Assembly (NCBI GenBank): GCA_951406725.2
Contig: OX597842.1
Coordinates: forward strand, 13,020,001-13,084,000
Length of the DNA: 64,000 nucleotides
Direction: 5' to 3'
Source: Octopus vulgaris
Taxonomy: Eukaryota
Shown here one piece after another: positions 10,851 to 23,196 of this stretch. The notes below the pieces were generated by a model. The model was not told the DNA's origin, searched no databases, and saw only the letters and a list, made by a program, of their open reading frames with translations. Positions within the stretch are counted from its first letter, which is position 1, and each line of letters starts with the position of its first letter. The translations under genes were made by a program, and so were the position numbers.

Positions 10851-13277
10851 TCACATCGACAATGCTCTTCTCAATACGTGTGATGTACCAGTTAAGACAA
10901 TCTTTTGCACTTCTTGCAGGGATGGTAAGCCAGGGATCATTCTCATATAATTTTCGGTTCCCTTCTTGATCATTCCTAGTGCTCCTACGATCACTGGTAT
11001 TGTAACCGCCTTGAGATGCCACATTTTCTCAATTTCAATGAGTAGGTCTTTATATTTTCTGAGCTTGTCAAACTCTTTCGCTGAGATATTATGATCACAG
11101 GGGATGCTCATGTCGATCAATAAGCAAACTTTATTGTTTTGGTCTTTCACAACAATATCTGGTTTATTGGCCTTGATGGTTCGGTCTGTATGTACTGGAA
11201 AGTCCCACAGAATGGTTACATTTTCTCCTTCAGTTACAGCCTCAGGGTGGTGATTATACCACTTGTCAGCAGTTTTGATATTGTAATGCCGACTTATTAG
11301 CCAGTGGAGATATTGGCCAACTCTGTCATGTCTTAATTTATACTCCACTGGTGCTAAGACTTTACATCCAGAGATTAGGTGGTCCACTGTTTCAATCATG
11401 TCGTTACAGAATCGGCATTTTGGGTCTGCTCCATTTTTCATCACATTGGCCTGGTAGTTCCGAGTTAATAGGCTTTGGTCTTGAGCAGCCAGGATGAAAC
11501 CTTCGCTCTCTGCTTTTAGCCCTGAGCTCCGCAGCCACTGATGGGTTTGCTTCTGGTCAACATCAGCTTGTTTGCTGCGGGTCACATATTTGCCGTGCAG
11601 AGGTTTCTCCTCCCACCTATCAGCCAATTGCTCGTGCGCTTTTTTCATTGCCATCATTTTCACCTTCTTTGCAACAATAGTTGCCGTACTTCCCTCGGGT
11701 TGTTCAGTTTGGGTATCCTGCACGAGATCAATAGCAAATTTTTTGCTTTCCTTGATGATAGAATGAAGCTTCTTTCGTCTCTCGTGATTTTCCACGAGCT
11801 TTAGCATCCAGTCATTCGATATTTCGAGATATTTGGCCAGTCCAATTGTGGTTGTTTTGTAAGCTAGTTCAAATTGGATCAGGCCTCGACCTCCTTGGGC
11901 TCTGGGAAGGTAAAGGCGATCTACGTCTGCCTTTGGGTGGTGCATCCTATTACAACTCAGCAGCTTGCGTATTTTTCTATCTATATTCTTTACTTCACTC
12001 ATATTCCAGTTCAACACATTGTAGCTATAAGTAACAACTGGAACTGCTAAGGAATTTATAGCTAACACCTTGTTACGTGCATTTAGTTCAGATTTCAGGA
12101 CTGCACGAACTCTCCTATAACATTCCTTCCTGATTTTCTCTTTCATGCTTGCATGCTGAATACCAGAGCCTTCATTTATCCCTAAATATTTGTATGTTTG
12201 TTCTTGCTCAAGCTCTTTTATGACTGTGTCAACATCTAACACGACTGAATTTGTGGTCTTCACTTTCCCTTTCTGGAAAGTGGCCTTGGCACACTTCTCA
12301 AGTCCAAACTCCATCCCGATGTCATCGCTGAATGCTTTCACGGTGCGCAATAGGCCTTCAAGTTCATTATTGTCTTTACCATAAAGTTTTAAGTCATCCA
12401 TATAAAATAGATGGCTTATTTTTTTATTGGCAATTTTATACCCATACCCTGTTCTGTTTAATTCACTTGTAAGGGGTATTAGGGCTATGCAGAATATTAA
12501 AGGTGAAAGTGAGTCACCTTGAAAAATTCCACAGTTGATGTTTATATTTTCTGAGGCAAGTACTCCATTAGAGTGGTATAATTGGAGATTCGTATTCCAC
12601 AACGACATATTGTGCTTCAGGAAGTTTGAAATCACAGGGGAAATTTTGAAGATGTCCAGCGATCTCAAGATCCATGGTTGCGGTATACTGTCGAAGGCTT
12701 TTTTATAGTCAATCCATGCGGTGCTGAGATTTCTGCGCTTGTTGTGACAGTTCTCAAGGATCATACGATTGATTAGCAGTTGATCTTTGCATCCGTAAGA
12801 GCCTCGGCGGCACCCTTTTTGTTCAATGAGGAAAATATCGTTCTTCTCCATGAATGCATATGTTTTCTCCGCCAGGATAGATGTTAGGATTTTATACGTG
12901 GTGGATAGACAGGTTATAGGCCGATAGTTTTTTGGAAGGTTGGTTTCGTTATTCTTTGGGAGTAGGTAAGTAATGCCACTTGCTAACCATTCAGGTGTTT
13001 TCTTTGGGTCTCTCATAATTCCATTGAGCAGCTGAACTAGCTTACCGTGTGCGCACGGGAGCGATGCGAGCCAGAAATTCGGCACCCTATCTTTACCGGG
13101 GGATTTCCAGTTATGGGCCTTCGTGAGTGCCTTTCTTAGATCTGCTATTGTGATGTCTTCCCATGCTTGTTGTAAATTTTGGTAGGATCCTTCAGTTTGT
13201 ATAATCCAGTCTGCATTTATGTTGTACGTCTTCTTGTCACTCCAAATCCTTTTCCAAAAGTTTTGAACTTCTTCCAT
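10851..13277 (-). CDS. R4/Dong ORF, C-terminal part: reverse transcriptase, CCHC knuckle and PD-(D/E)xK restriction-like endonuclease
   Basis: NYRPITCL, WIDYKKAFDS, GIFQGDSLSP, HLFYMDDLKL, CRFC..ETVDHLISGC, RHD, KPDIV..LIDMSIP..KLRKY. Confidence 0.95.
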   Translation of the reverse strand: MEEVQNFWKRIWSDKKTYNINADWIIQTEGSYQNLQQAWEDITIADLRKALTKAHNWKSPGKDRVPNFWLASLPCAHGKLVQLLNGIMRDPKKTPEWLASGITYLLPKNNETNLPKNYRPITCLSTTYKILTSILAEKTYAFMEKNDIFLIEQKGCRRGSYGCKDQLLINRMILENCHNKRRNLSTAWIDYKKAFDSIPQPWILRSLDIFKISPVISNFLKHNMSLWNTNLQLYHSNGVLASENININCGIFQGDSLSPLIFCIALIPLTSELNRTGYGYKIANKKISHLFYMDDLKLYGKDNNELEGLLRTVKAFSDDIGMEFGLEKCAKATFQKGKVKTTNSVVLDVDTVIKELEQEQTYKYLGINEGSGIQHASMKEKIRKECYRRVRAVLKSELNARNKVLAINSLAVPVVTYSYNVLNWNMSEVKNIDRKIRKLLSCNRMHHPKADVDRLYLPRAQGGRGLIQFELAYKTTTIGLAKYLEISNDWMLKLVENHERRKKLHSIIKESKKFAIDLVQDTQTEQPEGSTATIVAKKVKMMAMKKAHEQLADRWEEKPLHGKYVTRSKQADVDQKQTHQWLRSSGLKAESEGFILAAQDQSLLTRNYQANVMKNGADPKCRFCNDMIETVDHLISGCKVLAPVEYKLRHDRVGQYLHWLISRHYNIKTADKWYNHHPEAVTEGENVTILWDFPVHTDRTIKANKPDIVVKDQNNKVCLLIDMSIPCDHNISAKEFDKLRKYKDLLIEIEKMWHLKAVTIPVIVGALGMIKKGTENYMRMIPGLPSLQEVQKIVLTGTSHVLRRALSM

Positions 13278-14536
13278 GGGAGGGGGTCTTTAACGGTTAC
13301 TTTCTCCTTCCCTATTTCTCTGTAGAATTTTTTGGCATTGGATGTGAACAGCTTATTTTGCTTGTAAAACTTGTTTCTCTTCTCAAATCTTCGTATTCTT
13401 TGGGCTTTTGCTTGGACTTTTTGTTTCAGCGTTTCTTTTATTGATATCAGTTCTTCTCTTGGTGAGGATCCAAATTTTCTCTTCATCTTTCTTCCTGTTC
13501 TGGATCTTACATCATTTCCACATATTAGTTCATTTAATATTGATATTTCCCCTCTCATAAATTCAATCTCTTTTTCAATTTTACTTCTCCAGGTTTGATT
13601 TCTTCCCAGGTTTTGTTTTCTTTGTTTTTTCGGGGGCATACAGCTGGTTTCAATTGCCCTAGCAGAAGCGTAAATAATTTCATTTAACTCAGTAAAATCA
13701 GGTTTTAATTCTCGTATTATTTCATTTGTTACATAGTTGCCAATTTGGATTTGTTTTTTATTTTGGTTTGTATTTGAGAGTTTATGAAGTGGTTCTCTAT
13801 CATTCATACTTGTATGTCTTACAACTTCAAGCGTATTCAGGATTTTCTGCCTCATTTCTGCCATAGACTCTCTGTGTTCTTCAGCAAATGCGAGATCTTC
13901 AGTTACTGTTGTTTTTTCGTTTTCCTGGCTATCTTTAACTGGTACAATAGAATTTCTTGTATCTTCAGGCCTTTGCGTACTTTGGTCAGATGGCAGTCTT
14001 TCAATTAAGCCTCGTGGCGGGCTATACTGTTCATCTGATTCTTCATTTCCTTTGTGTCTTATATTTATGTCATTTTCCGTTGCGTGCTTGATCGCGCTTA
14101 TTTCACTGTCTGTGAGTCTGTTATTTCTAAAGATATCCCTCCTCACATTTGCTAATTTGTTCTCGTCCAAATAGGGCCTACTGTCTTGATTCCGTGTTCT
14201 CCATATACTGTAAGAGTTTGCGGTGTGTCTCTCTTGAGATGGCCTACCTAATGCATAGTAATAAGCGTATATTACTTCTTTATACTCTTCTCGGGTCCAT
14301 TTGTTCCGCTTACATTTTTCTTTCTGTGGTGGTTGTGGTGGTGAACTTGGAGGGCTCGAGTTGGGGGATTTCCCGTTCAAGTGACCATCCATGTCCGTAT
14401 TCGGAGAAGAGTTTGTGCCAGTTGATGACTTTTCGATCCCAGGCTGGCTCTTCCCTGGGGGACGCGCTTCAAGATTAACCATAGGACAAGCGATTTGGTA
14501 TACTGATTTAGTTTTCCTTTTAGTTTCCAAAAACAT
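13217..14536 (-). CDS. R4/Dong ORF, N-terminal part (Myb-like DNA-binding region), frameshifted from the RT part
   Basis: KWTREEYKEVIYAYY and QNKLFTSNAKKFYREI motifs. One extra C in the run at 13282-13286 would fuse both parts into ~1228 aa. Confidence 0.85.
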   Translation of the reverse strand: MFLETKRKTKSVYQIACPMVNLEARPPGKSQPGIEKSSTGTNSSPNTDMDGHLNGKSPNSSPPSSPPQPPQKEKCKRNKWTREEYKEVIYAYYYALGRPSQERHTANSYSIWRTRNQDSRPYLDENKLANVRRDIFRNNRLTDSEISAIKHATENDINIRHKGNEESDEQYSPPRGLIERLPSDQSTQRPEDTRNSIVPVKDSQENEKTTVTEDLAFAEEHRESMAEMRQKILNTLEVVRHTSMNDREPLHKLSNTNQNKKQIQIGNYVTNEIIRELKPDFTELNEIIYASARAIETSCMPPKKQRKQNLGRNQTWRSKIEKEIEFMRGEISILNELICGNDVRSRTGRKMKRKFGSSPREELISIKETLKQKVQAKAQRIRRFEKRNKFYKQNKLFTSNAKKFYREIGKEKVTVKDPLPWKKFKTFGKGFGVTRRRTT

Positions 14537-15341
14537 TTTGGTGCTACGATAATGTTATCATTTTTTAGCTTTGATTGGCTCGTGGGGAGACGGCCATCAT
14601 TGCCGTTACAATTATAATCGTACCATTATAGCAGCCGTAGTCGGCTTATTATTGTTATTATCATCACCATTACCATCACTATCATCATTATCACCACCAT
14701 TACCATCATCATTATCATCATCACCATCACCATCACCACCATCATCATCAATGATATTGTTTTATGTGTAGTCACAGCAGTATCTTATTATTGTTATTTT
14801 TTGTTTTTTTATCATTATCACCATCACAGTAGTGTCTGTCTGTCTCGTTGGCTGGCTTGGTGGTTGGCTGGCTGACTGTCTTCAACACTAGAGTTCTTGC
14901 CTGTCAAATAATACTTTCTTTGTGTTGGTTGAACTCTTTGAGTGTGTGTGTGCGTGTAGATAGATAGATAGATTATCAGCACTATTACTATCATTATTAT
15001 CATCATCACCATCATCACCATCACCATCAGTGATATATTTTTTTTTTATCTTTAGGTGCGGTCCTATCGGTCAAAAAAAGTTCAGATGTTTACTACTATT
15101 AGGCTTAAGAAAAATTAAGGAAGGGCTGTTCTGTATTGTTTGTGAATAGAGAAGTTGTGTTCGACCAGAGAGAATCGTAGCATCATCATTTTTTTTTTCC
15201 ACGTGCGTTTGTGTTATTGCAATAAAAAGTGTTTGTATATTTCCTGTAAGGTAATATTGTGGAGGTTGAAGTTGACTTTTCTAGAGATGTTTGTATGTCC
15301 AGTTAGAAGAACAGAATATTATTAGAATATTATTATTATTA

Positions 15342-15484
<143 letters not shown>

Positions 15485-16028
15485 GAGTGAGAGAGCAGTT
15501 CATGCCATCAAAGTGACACTGGGGTAAAATATACGAAGCCCAATATACCCATCATGACTACCCGTCTGATAAAGGTACACCAGGCACATGCATCACAACC
15601 ATACGTGCGCGACATGGTGATCTCATATCAAGATAAACAGCACATGACCTTGCAGGTGGGGCCCAGTTAGAATTTTCTTCACGTTGAGTGGCCCATCCCG
15701 CTCAAAAGGTCCTTGAATAAGGGTTATTTAAGGATGTTGAAAGAACCACCCATGTTTCCAGAGGTGAATTATTCAAGCCCCAAAGAATCCCTCTCAACAC
15801 ATGGCTATGATGCTCCCCCACTACTTCTGCTCGTGATCAGAGATGCACATATCGTCAGCCACTAAGGGACATGCTCAACTGGTTAAGGTCAAACAACTGA
15901 CAAGCAAATTTGTGGTATTGAGCAGAATATTTGCTGTAGACCATCTTTTATACCAAGACAAAACAATGTACATGATGACACTTCCAATCAGTTAAGATCA
16001 GAAGCCATGAGAGCCACTGCCTGGTACT

Positions 16029-16029
<1 letters not shown>
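15485..16029 (-). mobile_element. Family D repeat flanked on both sides by (TTA)n
   Basis: Second of three copies; begins GAGTGAGAGAGCAG after (TTA)n. Confidence 0.8.
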
Positions 16030-16107
<78 letters not shown>

Positions 16108-16112
16108 TATTA

Positions 16113-16147
<35 letters not shown>

Positions 16148-16172
16148 TTTGTTATTGTTATTATTGTTATTA

Positions 16173-16225
<53 letters not shown>

Positions 16226-16730
16226 GAGTGAGAGAGCAGTTCATGCCATCAAAGTGACACTGGGGTAAAATATACGAAGCCCAATATACCCATCATGACT
16301 ACCCGTCTGATAAAGGTACACCAGGCACATGCATCACAACCATATGTGCACGACATGGTGATCTCATATCAAGATAAACAGCACATGACCTTGCAGGTGG
16401 GGCCCAGTTAGAATTTTCTTCAGGTTGAGTAGCCCATCCTGCTCAAAAGGTCCCGGAATAAGGGTTGCATTAGGATGTTGAACGAAACACCTATGTTTCC
16501 AGAAGTGAATTATTCAAACTCCAAAGAATCCCTCTGAACACATGGCTATGATGCTCCCCCACTACTTCTGCTCGTGATCAGAGATGCACATATCGTCAAC
16601 CACTAAGGGACATGCTCAACTGGTTAAGGTCAAACAACTGACAAGCAAATCTGTGGTATTGAGCAGAATATTTGCTGTAGCCCATCTTTTATACCAAGAC
16701 AAAACAATGTACATGATAACACTTCCAATC
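16226..16730 (-). mobile_element. Family D repeat, truncated, flanked by (TTA)n
   Basis: Same left boundary as the previous copy; right end ~40 bp shorter. Confidence 0.8.
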
Positions 16731-16868
<138 letters not shown>

Positions 16869-17130
16869 GGCGGCGAGTTGGCACAATCCTTAGCACGCCG
16901 GGCGAAATGCTAAGCGGTATTTCGTCTGCCGTTACGTTGTGAGTTGAAATTCCGCCGAAGTCGTCTTTGCCTCTCATCATTTCGGGGTCGATAAAATAAA
17001 TACCAGTTACGCACTGGGGTCGAAAGTCAATGTCGACCTCGGCGGAATTTGGACTTAGAACGTAGCGGCAGACGAAATACCGCTTAGCATTTAGCCCGGC
17101 CTGCTAACGTTTCTGCCAGCTGGTCGGCTT
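16869..17130. mobile_element. SINE B partial copy followed by an inverted SINE B head
   Basis: GGCGGCGAGTTGGC... on + to ~17022, then the reverse complement of the head to ~17130. Confidence 0.8.
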
Positions 17131-17149
17131 AAATTATTTGCAAGTTTCT

Positions 17150-19900
17150 AATAAACCCCAATGTCTGTTCAAATACGTCTTTTCCGCAAAACCTGGGACT
17201 TCCGATTTGATCTGAATGTATAATGAGGATGATAAGAGGGGTGGTGGAGATAAATACGGGATGACGTGGCTTTTCAAAATATTTCTGGGACTATTCGGCC
17301 TTCCGAAAACTTACCTTTTGTGTCCAAAGATTCGATGCTAGTTTTTGAAAAGCACGATGTGTATTTTATTTTGGACTCAAAGCCATAGTCTTCCGCGAAG
17401 CAGTCACAGAAATGTAAAAATTTGACTAAACTATCCTGTGTTCCTTCCTAGACAAGGAAAGACGACGTCAATGAACCGTAACCAGAGTGTAGGTTTGTGA
17501 TCAAGTAGGGATTTGAATATCTCCATTGATTGCATTTCAAATTTTGTCATGAAGATATTTGCGAAATTAACCGCCAGAGGGTTACTCATGGCGCAGACCT
17601 TCATCTGATGGAACAACTTTTTTTGCCAAACTTCATTGCGTTACTTTGTAACACAAATTTTAATATTTTGCAGAGAATATTTGAGGGAATTCTTTTCTTT
17701 GGGCATTTTTGAAAGGCTTTCAGGCATACTTCCACCCCATCGTCGTGATCGATGTTGGGTTATAAGGAAGAAACGTCCATGGCTACCAAAAACCACTACT
17801 TCGGTGTTTAGAAAATTCGTTCAATTTGGAAACAAAATGAAAAATATCCCGGATGTAGGGACTTGATCTTTTAGCGACTGGGAGTAGAAAGCCATCCAGC
17901 CATTCTGAAATTTTTGCAGTGCAACATTCACACCCACTGCAAATTGGGCGCAATGGAGGACATTTTTCGAAATTTTTATGTATTTTTGGAAGACCGTAAA
18001 ACACAGGCGTTCTTCTTTCTCAACATAATAGCTTAGATTCCGTGTCATTTATGAAGTTCTTTTCCTCCATTTCCAAAATTTTTTTATCAATTTCCTCTCT
18101 GCAATTGGGGTTGGGTTCTACAAGTATTTCTTCATAAGAAGTTTCGTCATTTAAAACTTCTTCAAAAGCTGAAAGGTACTCGTCCTTGTCCATAATCACA
18201 GTAGCCCCTCCTTTATCTGCCATTTTAATAGGAATAGAATCGTTGTTTGCTAGGCGATGGGGTGCGCTACACTGGGAACCCGTAAGGTTATTCTAGCTCT
18301 TTTTCTTACAGGTTTTAAAGCTTTCCCTAATTCCTGACTGATAAGATTAGAGAAATTCCAACAGTGCTTGTGACCGTCCCTCCCGAACTTTATCCGGGTA
18401 CCAATTTGGATTCTTTAAAATCCAATTATGCCAAATCCGATTATCATCATTTCTTTCAACAGACATTGGGTTTTCTGACACCCGTTACCAATTCTTTCAA
18501 AAAATATACTAGAAGCTTATGACGGCTGACAAACTGATATACTCCTTGTGTTAATTTATTTTTGTCAAAGTTCTTAGTACTTGGGCAGAAACTCAATCCA
18601 AGTTCTAAGACAGAAGTATGGATAAATTCATTACCATCTTATTTTCTAATATGGTTGATGTTCTTGGTCTAGCGTTTTCCCCACCATTGCTTGCATTAGA
18701 TTTCTTACTCTGTTTTTTTTTTTGGGGGGGGGGGGCTTTGATGGAAATACTCACATAAAACATGGAATCTGAAAGCACTCCGTCGGTTACGACGACGAGG
18801 GTTCCGGTTGATCCGAATCAGCGGAACAGCCTGCTCGTGAAATTAACGTGTAAGTGGCTGAGCACTCCACAGACACGTGCACCCTTAACGTAGTTCTCGG
18901 GGATATTCAGCGTGACACAGAGAGTGACAAGGCCGGCCTTGTATAACAGAAACAGGAAGTAAGAGTGGGAGAAAGTTGTGGTGAAAGAGTACAGCAGGGA
19001 TCACCACCATCCCCTGCCGGAGCCTCGTGGAGCTTGATTGTGTTTTCGCTCAATAAAAACTCACAACGCCCGGTCTGGGAATCGAAACCGCGATCCTATG
19101 ACCGCGAGTCCGCTGCCCTAACCACTGGGCCATTGCGCCTCCACACATGGAATCTATTAGGTGTCAAAAAATGCTGTTGATAATTCTGTGAGGGGTTCAT
19201 AACTTCTACTCGTCTTTGCCGGAGTAACCCATTCCTGGGTGGGTGATAAAAAAGTGTGTGATTTCATTAGTTTTTGTTGGAATTTGAAACACTTACAGTT
19301 TTGGAAAAGGAATAAAAATAAAAATGAAAACAGAAAAGCCGTTAGAAAACCGATTCTAGCAGCGACTCCATCTAAGAATATCCGAAGAAGGAATTTTATT
19401 CCGAAATATCATATCAGACTATGGATAACTAAATTGCAACAGGTATATAGCCTGTTGTCTGTATTAGAGTGCATTGTTGTACCCTTCAAACCTTTTTTAT
19501 TCTTTACAAACAATACACAATGCTTCAAGCGAACTACAATACTCTCCTAACAAATTTATTGTTCTCAAGACAAAATTGAAAATGGCTTCACATTTTTGAT
19601 TAATCAAATAGACACTCTACTGAAGATTTTCCAATCACCAGTTCAAATGTGTATGCAATCGCAAAAAGACCACAGCCGTATGGGCCAGCCTGGGGATTAA
19701 TTATTTCAACTTGTTTAAATTGTAGGTGTTATATTATTTTGTGGCGAAGAGTAGAGACTAGTTATCTGTGCGGTTAGTTCTTCTAAGCCGTCTCCAAAAT
19801 AATTTGTTTAACATATTGTTTGTTTTTGTGTAATCTAGGAACAATGTGCGGTGTGGACAATAAGTAAATAAAAAAATACGCATGAGAAAAAATAGTTAGT
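17150..19900 (-). pseudogene. Degenerate Penelope-like element (N-terminal region plus RT)
   Basis: IKMADKGGATVIMDKDEY, FYGLPKIHK..PPLRPICSG, AMSNPLAVNFANIFM, WLRFIDVVF, across several frames. Outer boundaries approximate. Confidence 0.85.
18771..19144 (-). mobile_element. SINE C inserted in the Penelope element, 11-bp TSD
   Basis: TSD ACATGGAATCT at 18760-18770 and 19145-19155. Confidence 0.9.
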
Positions 19901-19939
19901 TTTCACAGGAATACTCTCTCTCTCTCTCTCTCCCTCTCT

Positions 19940-20349
19940 CTCTTTTACTCTTTTACTTGTTTCAGTCATTTGACTGCGGCCATGCTGGAGCACCGCCTTT
20001 AATCGAGCAAATAGACCCCGGGACTTATTCTTTTGTGAGCCCAGTACTTATTCTATCGGTCTCTTTTTGCCGAACCGCTAAGTAACGGGGACATAAATAC
20101 ACCAGCATCGGTGGACAAGCAATGCTAGGGGGACAAACACAGACACACAAACACACACATACTTATATATATATATATATACATATATAAGACAGGCTTC
20201 TTTCAGTTTCCGTCTACCAAATCCACTCACAAGGCATTGTTCGGCACGGGGCTGTAGCAGAAGACACTTGCCCAAGGTGCCACGCAGTGGGACTGAACCC
20301 GGAACTATGTGGTTCGTAGGCAAGCTACTTACCACACATCACTTCTGCG

Positions 20350-20355
<6 letters not shown>
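19940..20355 (-). mobile_element. SINE A (head partly deleted)
   Basis: Reverse complement of the family A consensus. Confidence 0.85.
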
Positions 20356-20407
<52 letters not shown>

Positions 20408-20411
20408 CATA

Positions 20412-21104
20412 TATTTTATGTTAAATTCCATACATATATTATGCGGCGTTTACGTACCCACACTCCTATGTATATCACACATCATCACCCTGTACGACGT
20501 CTTTACACACTCTCTCTATAGTATGTGCCTTTCTCTTTTCTCGAATCCTGTTTATTCTCTCCTCCCTTAGTACTCCCTTCTCTCTCTCTCTCTCTCCCCT
20601 ACTGCCTTCGTCCCTTTCTTTCCCTCTCTCTTTGATTCCTTGCTCCCTGCCTTCCTTTTTCTTTCTCTTTCTTCCGTCCTCTCACGTGACCGCGTTCAAA
20701 CCGTCACTTCGGCCTGACCACAGCCATGTTGTCTTCGTTTGAGCCGTTGAAGGCCTTTTTCATTTACGCCGCCAGATAAGTTAATAATTGTCTAAAGTCG
20801 TAAGACGCTTCTGTCCTTTGTACTGTCCAATTTTGTTTCTTGTTTTTACATTCGTGTAGCAACCTGTCCTTGTTCCGTGTACATTCGGCCCTCTTGCCAG
20901 GGAGTCCAATGCCTGTGGCTTGGATTTTCCTTGGGGCTGGCCGGTTCGGAGTGATATCGAGATTAAACAGCCGAAATCACTAAGATGATCCGGTTCCCGA
21001 CTGAAGATCAGAGGCTTCGAGTGACCTGTCGGTTTTTTGTGTCGTCTCCTTGTGTGTTTTTGCATTCTTGTCTACTTAGTAATTTATATTTTATGTTAAA
21101 TTCC

Positions 21105-21111
<7 letters not shown>
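20412..21111 (+). mobile_element. Penelope-like 3' terminal (pseudo-LTR) fragment in (TA)n
   Basis: Direct repeat ATTTTATGTTAAATTCCATACATA at both ends. 20946-21075 is homologous to 471-615. Pyrimidine-rich UTR. Penelope assignment is inferred. Confidence 0.5.
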
Positions 21112-21174
<63 letters not shown>

Positions 21175-21175
21175 G

Positions 21176-21293
<118 letters not shown>

Positions 21294-21300
21294 TATATAT

Positions 21301-22671
21301 AGGCGCAGGAGTGGCTGTGTGGTAAGTAGCTTGGGTGGAAGATTCTATCCGCCGGGGTCTGAGTGGTGGTAGCGCCAAGATCCTGAACATAAGAATGCAG
21401 CCTGCGGCTGATTGGGAGGGGTCAAAGGCTACTTTGACTCTATGGACCCAGTCAGCCAAGAGTCTGGTTTTGCCGGACTTTTTGAGGATGGCCGGGTCCA
21501 AGTATCCGGTGATGCTTGAGGGACGACGCCCCCCCCCAAGTGTCACCTGTGCCTGGAGCCTGGACATATCAAGAGGAAGTGTCCCGGTGGCGGTGGTGCT
21601 GCCCCGGAGCATGAAAAGGAAAAGGTACCCGCTGCCCCCTCATTGGAGGGGGAGACGGTGGAAGTCGTGGAGGAGGTTGCCTCCACGAAAAGAACAAGAC
21701 AGGTGAGCAACCATTGTTGCTCACCAAAGAACGTACAGACGGAGGAGGAGAATAGCGACCCCCCCGTGTCTGCCGAAGGAGCCCCCCGGGCTAGCAGCCT
21801 CTAAAAAAAGAGGAAAAAAAAAAAAGAGGTCGGACGGTTGACGTTTCTGTGTCGCCGACGGAGCCGCGGGTGGGACGTGTGCCACCCGCGGACAGTGCTC
21901 CATCAGTGGAAAGTGTGCCACTGACGGATCAGTGTGAGGTCCCTTCCTGTGAAGAGGAGTTGTTTCTCCTCCTTTACCACAAGGGAGGGAAGGTGGAAAA
22001 GTTTTTGAATGGCGTGGGTGATCGAGAACGCAAGGACACGGTCAGCTCAAGGAGTCCGTTATGGCCTCCGCGGGTAGCTGCGGAGGTAGTAACGGAAAAC
22101 ATTTTGTCAAGGGTCACAGAGACCTTTGAGAGGAAACATTTTACTTTACTCTTTGCAGGCCTCGACTTGTCGTCGCAGAGTTGTCTGCAGGCGGCAAGAC
22201 AATTTGCTTCGGGGACCTGACAGGAAGAATTTTTGTGAATTCATATACTGCCGTTGTGGCAAAAGAAATGAAAAAAAAGAACTTTGTAAGAGGTTTTAGT
22301 GCCTCCTTCGTGTAAGAGGTTTGCAACCTCATGTCGATTTATTGAAACTAAAGAAAAAAGAAAATTGAACTTATTGAAAAAAAGAACATTGTTTTAGAGA
22401 ATCAAGAGTCGACGGGCGCTTTTTGACTTCTCCCAACACCATCTTCATCCACCACCACCATCATCCATTAATGTCTTTGTCCAGCCCGTAGCTACTCTGT
22501 GTGCTGCCCTTGTGGCAAATTAAATGAAATAAAGTAGCTTGCTAACCAACCACATGGTTCCGGGTTCAGTCCCACTGCGTGGCATCTTGGGCAAGTGTCT
22601 TCTGCTATAGCCCCGGGCCGACCAATGCCTTGTGAGTGGATTTGGTAGACGGAAACTGAAAGAAGCCTGTC

Positions 22672-22716
<45 letters not shown>

Positions 22717-22940
22717 GGGGGGGGGGGGGGTGTGTCTGTATTTGTCCGCCTAGCATTGCTTGACAACCGATGCTGATGTGTTTACGTCCCTGTCACTTAG
22801 CGGTTCGGGCAAAGAGACCGATAGAATAAGTACTGGGCTTACAAAGAATAAGTCCCGGGGTCGATTTGATCGACTAAAGGCGGTGCTCCAGCATGGCCGC
22901 AGTCAAATGACTGAAACAAGTAAAAGAGTAAAAGAGAGTA
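21301..22940 (+). mobile_element. SINE A split by a 1.2-kb insertion
   Basis: Head 21301-21333 resumes at 22532 with duplicated AAGTAGCTTG. Confidence 0.85.
21334..22531 (+). mobile_element. 5'-truncated ORF1-only (HAL1-like) non-LTR element with a CCHC zinc knuckle and a Tx1-type tail
   Basis: 10-bp [17 protein letters not shown] (CX2CX4HX4C) at 21541-21582. No RT or endonuclease motifs seen. Tail CTCTGTGTGCTGCCCTTGTGGCAAATTAAATGAAATA. Confidence 0.7.
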
Positions 22941-22981
<41 letters not shown>

Positions 22982-23196
22982 TGTGTGGTAAGAGGGTTGT
23001 TTACCAGCCACATGGTTCAGGGTTCAGTCCCACTGCGTGGCACCTTGGGCAAGTGGCTTCTACTATAGCCTCAGGCCGACCAAAGCCTTGTGAGTAGATT
23101 TGGTAGACGGAAACTGAAAGAAGCCTGTCGTATATATGTATATATATTTATATAAATGTATGTGTGTGGATATGTTTGTGTGTCTGTGTTTGTCCC

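Larger units (their letters stand above)
10675..15325 (-). mobile_element. R4/Dong-clade non-LTR retrotransposon, probably near full length, in (TAA)n
   Basis: Single long RT-REL ORF. The 3' UTR ends directly in (TAA)n at 10654-10674 and the putative 5' UTR runs to the (TTA)n tract at ~15325. The 5' boundary is uncertain. Confidence 0.85.

Noticed and set aside
15975-16029. 5S rRNA-like similarity at the end of family D
   Set aside because: Only patchy matches by eye, and in the opposite orientation to the inferred element polarity.
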